DNA of 64,000 nucleotides, from assembly GCA_040954595.2 (NCBI GenBank), contig CM082587.2, positions 9,305,403 to 9,369,402 on the forward strand, in the 5' to 3' direction. Source of the stretch: Balanoglossus misakiensis (Eukaryota > Animalia > Hemichordata). Made by a program: the position numbers and the translations under genes. The notes beneath the pieces are model-generated. The model was not told the DNA's origin and searched no databases. It worked only from the letters and a program-made list of their open reading frames with translations. This document shows, piece by piece, positions 29,346-44,316 of the stretch (position 1 is the stretch's first letter; the number at the start of each line of letters is the position of its first letter).

Positions 29346-32300
29346 AGAAGTGGAAAGGGACCAAAATGAAGATGAAATCTCAACTCACAGTAGTTGCATC
29401 TGTACATCATGATCATTATAAGCAGTTTTTATCAGTGAAATTGATGTGGTGCATGTTTAGTGTTTGAAACATGACAAGTATCAATGTAGACCAAATCAGT
29501 AATTTAAGCCAACGCTGATAGGAGGTAATTGTTTTGGCCTGTCTGTGTTTGTCTTCAGGTATTCTCAGACATTTCATGTAATCACAGACTCTGTAAATGT
29601 AATTATTTTGTGTGTAATAATTCAGTTGTGCAGATAGAGTCAGAGGCTACTTTGCCCTTTCTGTACTTTTTGAAAATTTATGTTGGTTTCTGCTTGAACT
29701 TTCCCTCTCCTACAATTTACTGCTAACTTTGACAATTTTCCATTTACCGTACTTTTAAACTTTCCTACCTGTGGATAATGACGTGGCATTCCCTGGCCAG
29801 ATTTTGAAATTTTTAAATACCTGGAGCCATCACATCAATAACTTTGACCCAGTTTCAATGTTACAAGGATATAGTCATATATTAACCTCCATTGTATTCA
29901 TTATGCTTCATGATGCAATCCAACATGGCTGTCAGCCATGGACACCAAGGGACTGTAAGGATCAGTCTTTTCTGGTGTCCCTTCCCCGACATTGATAATC
30001 ACCTTGCTGTTCATATGACCAAAAATGTATAACCCTTCCAGGTACATACCAAAATGTGTAGCAAGATGTTGCGATATAAAAAAAACATGTACTGTGATTT
30101 TTGCACACGGTAATCAAAATACATTAATTATCTACGTGCCCTAACAATTTTTCCATTGGGTGTATTTGTTAGTCTTGAAAAATTCAACTGATATAAAAGT
30201 CAATGATGAAATATTCCTCCAGTATATACAATGGGGACCATTTGATAACCAGGAAGATTGATACTGTCTTCATGTTTCACCTAGAGGCTCCATGGAATCC
30301 TTTATTTTCATGCCCCAAGCGCCCCCCCCACTGAAGGTTTTGGCTTTCCACCTGGCAAAAAGGCTGAACTACTTAAATGGGAAAGTGATCAAAAATGAAT
30401 AGTGTTTTGTAAATTGGTGTACAGGTCCTTTATAGTCTTGTTCATTTTGTATTGTTATCTTAAGTTTTTGTTTGAAAAAAAAATCCTTCATTTTGGTCGA
30501 AATTGTGTCTTTGAAACTGGTACACATTGATGAACACAGTTTTTTTCTAAAAAGCCACCGATCTAATTGCTGTAAATTTTAGTTTACAGTCTTGAGGTAT
30601 TCACATTATTATATGTGAAATTGTAGTAAAATTATCAATTCTGTATTTTTAGACTATTTTTATCATTTTTAGGGTTTATAGAAATATTTTCTTCAGAAAC
30701 TGCTTGCCAAATTCTTTTTTTACTTTGATTTGCATGGTTCTACTAAGTTTCTCATGAATCATGTTAAATCTCTAATGCTTGAAGAGGCCATGGATAATCA
30801 CTTGATTAATAGCAGTGATGCTATTTTTATTCAGGTAATCAATAATTGTGTGGATCTTAATTACATTTAGCAAGATGATTGAGATATGTTGTGATCTTTT
30901 ACAATTACTTTCTTGTATTTCTAGACATACAAATGTTACTGCCAACAGAGTCGGCTAAATGTAAACATAATGATGATACTGCTTACAGTATTTATGTTGT
31001 TGGCAATTAGTTAACTTGGCCAGAATATACAACCTGTTGGAGTACAGATTGCTAGTCGAATACCAAATAAAGCACACACAAATTAACAAGTGTCAGTTGA
31101 GAAGAAATTGGAAAGAATAAAATGACCACTGAAATGCAGGTGACATTGCATGCAATATTGATATAAGATCTTTTTGTTATTTTCTGGATCAAAGAGTATG
31201 CATTTAATTTTTATTTGCTAATTTTTTGAGATATAAGAAATGTCTTGAATTGTGTGTGTAATTTGATAAGCTGGTTTTTGTATATGTAACAAAAAAATGA
31301 AACCGTTCAAATTAAGTAAAGAATACCTGTACAAGTGTCAGTACTAAAGTTCTTAATTATTTTAATGTGTTCATTGTAATGGAGTTTTGAACTGGTTGTA
31401 GCATCAGATACTGCAATCACAAATCAGAGTAATGTCTGATATTGCTCAACTTTATGCTTTAGAATCCATCTTTCACAGTCTTCACATCTCTTCATTGACT
31501 GTCTTTTCTTGAACATGTTGCTTGAAAATCAACCATGCATGATTTTGGACTTTATGAGGTGCTTTACAATTATAATAGCCATGGTGTAAATTATGAAAAG
31601 TATGTACAGCAAATTATAATTCTTTATGTGTGACTCAATAGATTGATGGCCCTTTTATTCAGTGTTAACGTGTCTGTGCGTATTACATGCCAGTTACTGT
31701 GATTGGTTGAATGTTGTGACAGTGATTATTTCCTTTGTGTGAAAATGACAACAGATATTTGCAGTTGGACACAAATGAGGGAGATTCAATAAACTATTAG
31801 TGCGTACTGGTTCATAGTGTTGGCATAGTGTTGGTTGATTACTCAATGCATCACATTTTGAAGAATATTTTCTCTATGGTATCTACAGTATAGTTGCATG
31901 GTCAAGTGACTTCTGATAGAATGTTGATACATGTAAGTCCTGAAATGAATCTCAATCTTGGCTAAAATTCAGCTGCGAATAAACAATGAACTTGTAAGTT
32001 TAAGTTCTCTAGACAGTGAACGACCATATTTGGTTTAATAACCCCAGATTTTCCCCAGTGATGCATGCCAGTTCAGGGGCCCATTTTACCACTGCAAATA
32101 TTTTAGCATTGCTACATCATTGAGCTCTTGTCTACCCAGAATTTGTTTCTATGTCACATCTATCAACAACAGTAAAATTTAGCATTTTACTTAAATGCAG
32201 AAATGGCTTCAAGATACGGACAAAGTGCATAAACATTGCCCAATTCATGAGGTAATCTAGTCTGGTTCCCTGACCCGTATTCCCCGGTAGAGGGCGCGAT

Positions 32301-32376
32301 CGAAAACTCAAGACCTGACCAAATCCGAAAAATAGCTGAATCCGAACCGAGGCGAACTTTAGACACAAACGTCAAC

Positions 32377-35300
32377 ATGGCGGATGCTGAAGACTATGAT
32401 GGACCAGCCGAGCGAGATGTGCCAGTTGAGGCAAGTATTATGTTCATTACTCGGAATTTACTGGTGAAGACGCAATTTGTTTTAGTCTTGTTCCGTAGGA
32501 TCTGTTTCCTGGTCGCGTTCGGATGGGTGACCGCGAGTGATATTGCACACGCGATCCGATCAAAATTACATGTGGTCACAGTGGAGTCCTTCGAATTATT
32601 GCCGTTTGTTGGCGGCAAAATTTGCTAGAGCTTTTCTGTATGTCATTTGAAATGCTCTAAGCGATAACCAAAAAGATTAATGTCTTCAAGTGAACAACCT
32701 ACTGAGTTGAAATCTAGTGCGGATTCCCCTTCAACATGTTCAAGGTCACCTGAGGTCACAGCAGATTAAACCACCAACGCCACAAAATTTTATGCATGGC
32801 ACTTCCCCTTCTAGCTCCATGATTAATGCATGTGATGTTACTCTTTTAGAAAAGAAACACACATTGTGACATGGATATTCGTACTTTGTGTGAATGCACG
32901 TGTGGCCCGAGTCTCAACTGGGTGGGCTAGCCCTTTGGTGTTTTCTTTCCAGCATTGCCAGCATCAATTGTCCTTTCACTTTCACTTCGCATTGGGGGAG
33001 AGCACTGCATAGTTGTGATTGGAGATAGCTCTGCGTGGCAGGGCCGTGTTGTTACAGCTATGCCTCCAACCACAGGCATTGCCGTAACAACACACATCCC
33101 TGCCACACAGAGCTAGATTGGAGAGTAACTTTGGTAACTTGTCTTTGCGGCAAACATCATGTTTCTCTGTGTCTTTGTAGAAGCTACGAATTTGTATTTC
33201 TAACTGAATTATATTTTCACAGGAATTTATATTCAAGCAGATGTGTAAACTGAAAGTATTCGATGGTGAGCCAGAAACACTGACTCCAAAAGATGCAGTC
33301 CATTTAATTGCTGTTTCTAATAAATATGGATTTACCTTTATAGGCTGTGATACAGGTATGTCTACATAAACATGATTCTATAACATCTCTTCATATTGCG
33401 AAGTGAGGCCTTTTGAAATATTGTTTTGATATTTTAGAGGCATTGAACATTATATAATTTACAGGTCTATGTCTTTGTTATTATATTAACAGGAGTTAAA
33501 GTCATCAGAACTTCAGACCTGAGCAGATTGGATGCAGATAATGATTCGAATTCGATAGGTAATATTACAATAAATTTTCACCATTCCATTGTCCCAATTT
33601 ACAGATAGCCATGTCTAAATCTATCAATATTATTTGAGTTATTATTGTCGTGGTTGTTTATATTCTTGTCCAGTTCTCAAACAAAATCTGGATTGTATTC
33701 AATAGGAGAAAAAACATAATTGTTAATCAGATTTTTGGCAGGGAAAAAAATATGGGAGGTAATTGTTGATACCAGTACCATTTTTTATAGAGAAATTTTC
33801 CCTCGAAGGATTTTGCTATGTCCAAGTAGAAAACCAGATGTAGAATGTTCATTGCCACAATGTCTAAATCTATGCCATTCATGTCATGGGAACTGGTCAT
33901 ACATGTACATTGTTTCCGCGGATCTTGATCATTGTTCCCGTAGAAACAATCAATGATGATTGGGTACTGTAGAATAAATTTGTTGGATAATCCAAATGCA
34001 CAGCAATAACACTAAAGGGCATTTCGACATCTCATTTTGCACATGAGCAACATACCAGTATGCTACTTGTTCTAAATAATGGCATAAATGATATAAAGGA
34101 CTATATATGTCCTATAACTTGTTTGATGACCCCCAGCATTGTTTTTTTATGTGCTACTGTAACTAGAACTATACACCTCAGCTTAACTGAGAATTTAAAG
34201 AAAATGTTGTGTTTAGATCATGAAATTTTACATGAAAAATGTTGAAGTTTGTGTTTAGATCATGGAATTTTAACAAAAATGTTGAAATTTTGTAAAATTT
34301 TGCCATATGTACTGTAATAATATTCATAAAAAACACCAATATAATTTCTATTTGTTGATTTTGACAAAAATAGTACATTTTGATAGAGTAACTTTTGGTA
34401 AAGTATTTTCTTATTGGATGGTGCTAGTTTGTTTAATTTTAAGTTTAAAAGAGGAAGAAGTTCGGGCTGGCTGATTTTTAAGTACCCGTACATGTACTAG
34501 CTTTGAGTTTAGTTCAGGAAAAGCCATTTTTGCCATGTATAAGTCTTATAATTTTTTAACACAAAAATGGATGAAGTTACATTCTTCTTTCTTGTAAAGT
34601 TGTCAAGTATTTTGAAAGAGAATTTATTTTGACACTTCTGTTTCTTATGTGAATGAACTTACTACAGCATCAATGCATTTGATTTCATTGCAGTGCAAGA
34701 TGTAGCATGTGTTCAGAAGGTGGTGTTACCTGTAATGCCTTGTCATGTTGCTCTGTCATCTGATAACTTGACGTTATCAGTTTGTTACCAGCAAAGTACA
34801 GCAATTCGAGCAGACTTCTTTGATGTCAGAAGTCTGGTGGATCCAGTAAGTTTGCATTTTATTGCTCACTCTACTATGTCATGAAAACCAGCCTCTCTAT
34901 CAAGTAGAGAGATCAGGTGAAATCATCGCACACAGCCAATACATATATGATAGATAAGCAATTAGCATTCAGGAAATCCAATGACAACATTTTGGTTTCT
35001 TTTCACAGAGCAAAAACTTGAAACCTTTTGCTACTGAAAAGTTGACAGATGGTGGTGATGTATCATTACGGGATCTTTGTTGGAATCCTGACTGCACTGA
35101 AAGCGCTGGTATCTTTGCAGTCTGTTTGACCAATGGCAGTATGTCATTGTGGCAAGTGAATGCAACAGTTATTAAGCTCCATTCACTTGGTGCCGATGTT
35201 GGCATTAATGCAAGTGAGTAATAGATAGTATACCCACATTTTGTTCTACTGTTACATGACTTGTTGATATCAGTCAGCTTGGTGTTCTACAGTGCAAAAC

Positions 35301-38300
35301 ATTGCACTGTGCTTGTGCCATTGTGTTGAACAGAAATTTTGACATTTATAGATAATAAATTGATGGTAAAAAAATAATGTTCATAAGATAAAATTTGTCA
35401 TCCATCATGATAGTTCAAATTCTCCAAAAATGCCATCATTTTCATCCAATATTAACGTCAAGTAAGCGACACCTACCGGGCAAACGCCCAAATAAAATTC
35501 TTGTGTAATGATGAATATAAATTCTATTCAAAGAAAAGATTGAACATGTCAAAAGCATTGTGCATAGGTATAGCCATCATTATTTTCAGCAAACTTAGTG
35601 TTACATAGGAACAGCTGAATGTATCTAGTACAAAGGTTGATAAGTTGCTGTGAGATTTTTCAAATCTCCCCAGCAAGAGGTGGAGAAGATCTTGGGTCAG
35701 TGTTTTACATAATTTGTAGTCTTATAATATTTGTATTGGTTCATTTTTTTTTTCAATTTAAATTATGAGTACCCTTATTTGTCTTACTCTCTTTTCCTGT
35801 TAGTTTGTTGGAGCCCCAAGGGAAAGCAGATAGTCTGTGGAACTTTGGAGGGAAAACTTGTACAGTATAGCAAATCATTGGAAGTCAAGAAACAGATTGA
35901 AGCTCCTAATATATTTGACAATGACCTTAATATCCAAGGTACTGCCAACGTTGTTTTTATTATATTGGCATCTTGCTGTGTTTTTAATGTCCAATTTAAT
36001 ACATGATGACCTTATGGAATCAGCTGTAGCTATATGTATGTATAATGTGCCGGGGTATGTATGTATGGATGTACATTTATGTATGTATGTTTGTCTACAT
36101 CAAAAACTTGGAAACCGCTGGGTGTATGACCTCGATATTTGGTGTGCTGATGCATTACGGGCTGTACATTTTGTAGATGGGAGTTTGTTCAAATGAAGAT
36201 GTCATTGCCAAAAGTATGCAAATTAGCTGGGAAAATGTGAATTTGGTCAAAACTCAGAAACTCAACAACCACTGGTCAGATTGATTTGAAAATTGGCATG
36301 CATGTACTTTATGTCGACCTAATGTAACCTCATTAAATATTCACATCTTTTTTTATTCCCTGGAATGAATTTTTTTTCCTTCTGTGAAAATATTGTGTAT
36401 TAAAGAAACAAGAAGAAAAAAGGAAATTGACATAAACAATTGCAGACGCAATGAGTGAAACCTATCTCAGTTGGTGGCATTTCCATTGCCAAAAGCTGGT
36501 CGGATGGTGGAATGCTTGACACCAACTCCGAGTTTGCACGACCCCTTTTTTTTTACTTTGTGCAAGTTGCACAACCAGTTGCAGTAACCCTTTTTGGCAC
36601 CGTTATGGTTGAATTAAACTTGCATATTGCTCTTTTAGAAATTGATGAATTTGTGGCATGAAAAGTTAACCTGTGGACAAACTAACTTTGTTCTGCTTGC
36701 AGTGAATGATTCTAAAATAGGAATACTGACCTCAATGCTATCATTGTCGCTCATGGGGAAACCAATTACAGGTCGTGTGCCTACACTGCCCTGTCTACCA
36801 GCTAAAGACAAACTACTCACATTGCCTGTGTGCCTAATTGAAAAGAGTATCCCAATACAGTAATCTTCAAATATATTCATAAGTTATTGGCATTCAGTCT
36901 GGTATTTGGCAAGTGTTTATGAGGGATATCTTTCTGTATTTGAACACCAAGTATTTGACCTTTGTTTTTCTTTGCTTTCTACATTTCAGTCATCAGTGTG
37001 TTATGGTTGTCAACCTATTGCTTCCTTGCTGCATACAACGCTATAGAATCCACTGAACAGCCTAACTTGGTAGAAGTCACCACAACTGTGAGTATTAACT
37101 TCTGACATTAAGTGCTTGTCATATTGCTTTGAACTTTGGCAGGCATGTTCCTTGTGGTGATTGAAGTAAGATTTTGTACAATTCTGGTGATATTTGCATA
37201 TTTGTGTTTTTGCCACTTTGAACAAATATTGTTTTCTCTAAAACTGCTTGTTGGATTGCTTTGAAATTTGGTGGGAATATACCTAGGGGTAACCCAACTA
37301 AGGTAATGTAAAATCTTGGGGAAATTTATGTTCTTGGTGCAATTGTTGTTGCTTTGTCTGAATCCTTTAGAATTATAATGAAATCAAATCAAATAGTGGG
37401 TGTCTATGGCTCACACCATACGACAATACAGCGTTCACAGAGTGATCACATTACTCCTATGGTCAATGGTTGGGGGTGGGGGTCTTAAGGACTAAAAATT
37501 CACTGAAACTTCACATTTGCACCAAAGTGACACAAACCAGGAAATAAATTCCACTGAAACAAAAGATTCCACAATGTCAAAATACTACATTTAGAGTAAG
37601 CAAAAAACTTTTTTTCACATTTTGTTATTTTTTCTGTTAAAAGTTTCTTCAGAATGACCCATCATCACTTTAGCTTATGAGCTCCCATTTCTTAAACATG
37701 GCAAAAATCGGCCATCTTGAAATTGTGTCGACCATATGAGATTTTCATCACTCACTTAGGTAGCTTAAAACCTATTTAAGGTAGGGAGAATTGCGTAAGA
37801 TTATAGTCTAGATGAGACATGATTGAGAGTTTTGTCAAGAAAATGATAGAACAGACTTGTCTCTGTCATTACAGAAAACTGGTTCAACAACATTTGTAAA
37901 TCTGGAAGATGTTTGTTTTGGAGGCGGTGAAGACAGAGACCCAGTGTATTATTTCATACATCTACCAGATTGGTAAGTTGATGTTTTAAAGGGAAAATGC
38001 ACCTCAAAAATCAATTGGCTGAAGGATGTACATGTATGATCTGTAAAATAGAAAAAATTGTCATTTCTGTTAATTGTTGATTTTAGGATATTAAAAATAT
38101 GCGTAATGAAATATGAAGGTCACTGTTCTTCTTTTTGAAATACATGTACAAGGCTGTGAGCTTAGTAGATAATGAAAGAAACGGGTTGAGTCAATATTTT
38201 TTACCAACATTTTTTCTATGGGTGAACACATTCAATGAAGTTTATCTCAAAAAGTGAGCACGGTGACCATGCGATTTTATTTGACCACTGAATTTAATTG

Positions 38301-41300
38301 CATTTGAACTTGAGCGTTACTCTCTATATACTTAATGTGGTCAGCTGCAAGGGCAAATTCAGTCACTTGCACGTGATCTATGATGTAACTATGGCAACAG
38401 ATAGAAGTACACATAGGTTATTATTCTGAGACAGAAGTCCCTATCTATGAAATTGCTGAATTATATACGCCGTGCTGAGAACGGTACTGTGCGTTGACGG
38501 CTACAATTGTGTTCTGAAAAATAAAATACTTAGTAATGTTCTACCTTAAAGACAGGATATTGAATTTTATGGTAAAACTTTGATATTGACTGATTGACTA
38601 CCATTCTTGTTGTTTTTATCAAGGCAACTGATTGTGACAGCACAGAGTAATGCTATGGAATGTGTAGCAGTTGGGAAAAAACAGTCTGGTGGATGGGAAC
38701 GCTGGAATTTAGATGATGCTGGCAGAGTTGAAATGCCATTACATGATAGTGAAGAAACCTATCCCATGGGAGTTGCATTGGATTTAACATCTCAAGTTCG
38801 GATACCAATTGGTAAATCATTTCTTGATCATGTTATGTTCAGACAAGCTATTGTGAGAACCTTTTCCAATTTATTTATGTGTGGCTCAGACAAGCTAGCT
38901 GCAATCATTGTAACAGGTGCTGTTAGGTTGACGAAGTGAATTCGCATCCTACGTAACATTATGTCGTACAGTATGTGCTTTCATCCATTATGGGTCTTTG
39001 GGGCATGCATACATTATTCTTTAAATAATCACAAAATGGTGGATATTGCAATGCAGCTTTAATGAGGACTGGCAATCGCTCATAGTATTTTACACAGTGG
39101 TAGCAAACCTCCAGTGGCATAAACATTGATGACATCATTCAAATGGTGATTGGTTAAGCATGGAAATAATATTATGGTATAGCATGTCCAAATTTGGAAA
39201 TGACCTGGACAAAAATTGTTATTTTTGCCATTTTTATTCAAAAACTCCATTGCTGGATGCTGCTTGACTGTTTGAAAAATTTTGCTCTAAGGTATTTGGC
39301 TGTGGAACTGGAATCAGTGGCTTGCAGGTGATCAGTATCACCCATTATGTCTGAGTATATAGCTCTAATGTGGAGTACGTGTATTTGGTTGTGTGAACTA
39401 AGTTTCCTTTTCCACTCTTTGTGATTTGTTGTCACATTGTCACTGGTGGAATTTCTAAATTTGCAGAAATCTTGTTGATGAGAATAATGCACTGAATAGA
39501 TACAACAATACCAAAATTAAACTGCACGCTTATCTCCTTCTGATGTATACTTTTATTCCTTTTGATTTTACAAAACTAATGGTAGTTTTTTGTGTTTTCT
39601 GTGAATCAGCTGAGAATCAGACGCTACCACCAGCCCCAATATTCATGTCACTATCGACTGAAGGATTCCTGTGTCCATTCTATATGGTGAATAGAACTGA
39701 AGTCAAAACCATAGTGAGTGCACCACAACAACTGAATCCTGATGGAGTAAGGCAGCCTCAAGGTAAGAGACAATTTGCCGCCAAAAATAGTGTAAAACGG
39801 GTTATTTTCGCGATATCAAAAGAAGCAACTGTTACGCGAGGATTAATTTTCGTGTTCTCTTATTTCATTTTCTGCATCGTTATCTCTGAAAAACATTTTA
39901 CGCGACTTTTTATTTTCACATTTTTGTTGGCTCTCGCATATTTCGTGAAAATTTATTTCTCACAAAAATAACCCATTTTACAGTACATGTATATATTCAA
40001 AAGAGGTACATGGACACCTATGCAAATTCAGCCATGGTTATCACTGATGAAAATATGATATCTAGCCAATCACAGGTGCTCTCTTATAAACAATAAAACT
40101 CATCAGTTTTTTCTTCACCAAATGACAGTTGCTTTCATCTCACCCATCTGACCTGGAATTGAGTACTTCTACTTTTTCATTGATCTGTTCACCTGCTATA
40201 TCATGGATATATCTACTCAAGTCTTGATGTACAAGACACTGGAAGATATAGTGAATCAACGTTCGACCACACACAACTTCCATCCCGTTTGTAGGATATG
40301 AGAATAAAAATCTCACCAAAATGAATAAATGGTAAACACCGATTATTCATTTTGGCGAGTTTCTTCACTCTCATGTCTACAAGTGGGATGGAAGTTGTGT
40401 GTGGTCAAACATTGATTCACTATATATCCACATGTAGAATAACATAAACGGTGTCTTGTATCAAACATAATTAATGGAAAAAGGGCAGCGAGAGAGAGAG
40501 ACTTTGTCCCTTTAAAGGTCAGCTGACAACTTCATCAATATGGAAGTCTTGTACGAGAACTTTTCTTCTTTTACAGAAGCAGCAACTCCTTGTAAAACAA
40601 CAGTGGGCAATATCCCATCATTTGCGCAGTTAACACCACAGACATCGAGTAAGACAACTGATGAATCTCTTCATATACCTACTCCAAGAGGAAATCTACT
40701 TGCCAAGTAAGCCAATGTTAGCTTCAACTTAAAAGGGAATGTTACCCAAATTTAAAATTTCAATCAAGTACAAAAGGGATGTCAAAAATCACAATATTCC
40801 AATGGATTCATTCACTTTTAGTGTTATAATATAGTGTAAAATTGCAATTCATGTCCGGACCAGAGTTTATTGGTCAACAGTAACAGTGGTTGTGAAAACA
40901 CACATACATGCTACTGTATGTTGAAAAACAGAGTATTAGCATGAGTAGCGCAAGAAAATGCATATGATACCAGAACAAAAATACTGAAAATAGTGGCAAA
41001 AGTTACAGGTAATCCCCCTTATTATATTTGACATATGACGTCTTGTGTCTTTCAGGTTTGAGAGTGAGGCAACCCCCAAGGCAAGTGGCAGTCACACCAT
41101 TCCACTGAGTTCTTCAACACCTGCATTAACAGGAGTCTTTTCAAAGCCAGGTGATGCATCTGTCAGTACAGCATTTAGTTTTGCTGCCCCTGTTCAGGCT
41201 GGCAAAGTGCCATCATCAACCTCTATGACTGGAGGAGCCAAGTTTGATTTCAGTGGTGCCAACAAACCAGCAACTAGCAGTGCTGCCACGACCTTTTCCT

Positions 41301-44259
41301 TTGGTGGATTTCCGGCAACACAACGACCACCCAGTACAAAGGATACTGCTCAACAACCAGGGGTCACATCTACCAGTCAACCCATTGGTCAGTTTCAACC
41401 AGGGGTCACATCTACCAGTCAACCCATTGGTCAATTTCAACCAGGGGTCACATCTACCAGTCAACCCATTGGTCAGTTTCAACCAGGGGTCACATCTACC
41501 AGTCAACCCATTGGTCAATTTCAACCAGGGGTCACATCTACCAGTCAACCCATTGGTCAGTTTCAACCAGGGGTCACATCTGCCAGTCAACCCATTGGTC
41601 AATTTCAACCAGGGGTCACATCTGCCAGTCAACCCATTGGTCAATTTCAACCAGGGGTCACATCTGCCAGTCAACCCATCGGTCAGTCACAACCAGTGGG
41701 TGGATCTACTGGCCATACCATCAGTCAGTCCAAAAGTACCAGTGCTTTATATTCTTTTGGCCAATCAGGAGCCACTGCTTTATCGGGCAAATCACAGCCT
41801 GCATTTTCTTCAAACAGTTCAACATCAGCATTTTCTGCAACTGTAGTTGGAGGATCTGAAGGTGGCATATTTGGTGGTTCCTCTGGGCAAACTTTGTCAT
41901 TTGCTGGCATTGGAAAGCAGAACAGTCAACCCCAAGCAAGAGGCACTTTTCAAATCACAACAGGTAAGAGCAAATGTTACGCAATGATTAAGATTTACGT
42001 TGGCGATCAGCTAGTGTTTAACACGAATATCCCATAGTTGCTCTATGATATCATTCACATGGTCAAATTTCTGTACACTGTGTTTGAATTTACAGATACT
42101 TCCCAGGCAGCTAATAAACCAGTGGGCACAGCAGGTATTGGCAGCATCCCATCCTCAGTCCAACAAGCAGCAATGCCAGCAATGCCAAAACAAAGTCCAA
42201 CAATTAACACCGGTGGAATCACCAGCAAACCTGTCACATTTGGGACAACAACAACAGCCAACACCAAACCCACAGCATTGCCAAGCACAACAAACAAACC
42301 CACAGTCTTGCCAAGCACAACAAAACCAATGGACGCACCTGTTTCCTCAAAGCCAGTCTATTTTGCAAGTCAGCAAGGAACAGGTATGGCCAAAGGAAAA
42401 TAAATGAGTGGCTCCGATAACCTGACATACCTTCTTTTAAACCGCTCACCCAAAACTTTGTAGGGGTGCGTCAATGCAGAAGTTTAAAAAAATGCCATTT
42501 CCACGATAAAAACACTAAGAAAAAGTCAAATGACACAAGACTTGGATTGACATGATTTCATCTATTAAATATTCTGTTCTGATAAAAAAAGACAATTGTT
42601 TTCCTAGCTACCTAACTTTCTTTTGAAAAAAAAAAGTTATCAGAACCACAATATTTTTGCCTAAATGTACAGTTTACCGGTACTCCTGAGCAATCGAAAG
42701 CATCACCTGTGCTTAAAGGGACAAAGTCTCTCTCTCGCTGGCCTTTTTCCATTAATTATGTTTGATGCAAGACGCCGTTTATGTTATTTTACATGTGGAT
42801 ATATGGTGAATCAACATTCGACCACACACAACTTCCATCTCGTTTGTAGGATATGAGAGTAAAAACTCGCCCAAAATGAATAAATGGTAAAGAACGATTA
42901 TTCATTTTGGCGAGTTTTTTCACTCCCCTGTCTATAAGAGGGATGGAAGATGTGTGTGGTTGAACGTTCATTCACTATATATCCATATGTAGAATAACAA
43001 ACGTTGTCTCTTATCAAATATAATTAATGGAAAAAAGGGCAGCGAGAGAGAGACTTTGTCCCTTTAAAAACCTGCTTGTTGCATCTTTTATGTATTTATG
43101 AAAGATGCAACTGGAAGGTTTTTCTGTGTTTGTAGGAAATATATTTGCAATTCTAAACTAATTCCAGGAGTTGATTGTTGTCATTTGCATATAGATGTTA
43201 GTGGTATTAAGCCCGAATTGAAGCCTGCATCTACAGCTGCCAGTGCTCACCCATCTGTGGCATCCAGAATACAACAGCCACAAGGCAAACCTTCGCCATC
43301 TACAAGTGTGGAATCCAGCATCAATGCTATAATACTGGATGAGGTCAGTTCTCTTGATTGCATATTTGGGGATTCACAGGAACGTGTCATAATTCATTTG
43401 TTCCAAACATACCGGGGGATGGGGGTGTGTGATAAAATCTAAATGACTATTCTCTTAAAATACAGACCATTGAATCATTTGAATTTAACATGGTTTTACT
43501 CTGAGATGAATGCCTTTATAAAAAAATACCAGCTTTCTTGTGACTTTAACACTCGTTGCTTAACTTACAACAACCAGTACATTCCCAATAGGGCTAGAAT
43601 AGCAGTTGTTTATTTGTGCATGACCAGAACCAATATTTGAACATGTATAATTTCATTAAAAGTTGTGTGGAGATACATGTAGGTTTCAAAGTGAAGGGAA
43701 CTTCTCATCACAACCATGACCAGACTGCCGATGATAAGTTTCCCGATTTTTACTCGCGTGATTGCTTGAGTAATGTCGTCCCCTTTTCTTTTTAAAGATG
43801 TCACGTTTCCAAAGGGAGCTTGATGAACTCAAGGGTCGCACTGTAGACTTTGTTGTTGGTGCAGATGCTGAAAAGAGAGAATTACTGAAGGGCAAAGAAG
43901 ATCTAGCTGAGTTCCATTCTGAGATCACTGACTGTGTTCAGGTAAGGCATCAATCTACCAAGCATGACGTCACAGAGGACTTATATTACCCATATGTTTG
44001 CCTCAATACCTTTATGCCTTATGGCATGTCTTCCTCTATTTGTAACACTCACTGTTACCAAGATAGACACCTAGATAGGCCTGTACTATCCCATTTTATA
44101 ACAAGCGGTCTATCCTTTTGCCCTCGCCACCTACCTGTTTTGTCATAATTTGTTCTTCCATTAGATGCTCTGTTATATGTGTTGAGCCAAAGTTATTGAA
44201 GTTTGATGAGATCTGCAGCCATGATGTTGTTTCCGTGCATTGTCGTCATCATCATCATC

Positions 44260-44316
<57 letters not shown>

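Noticed and set aside
41354-41689. Regular repeat array resembling CRISPR
   Set aside because: Head-to-tail units with no unique spacers, in frame within a eukaryotic exon, and no cas genes.
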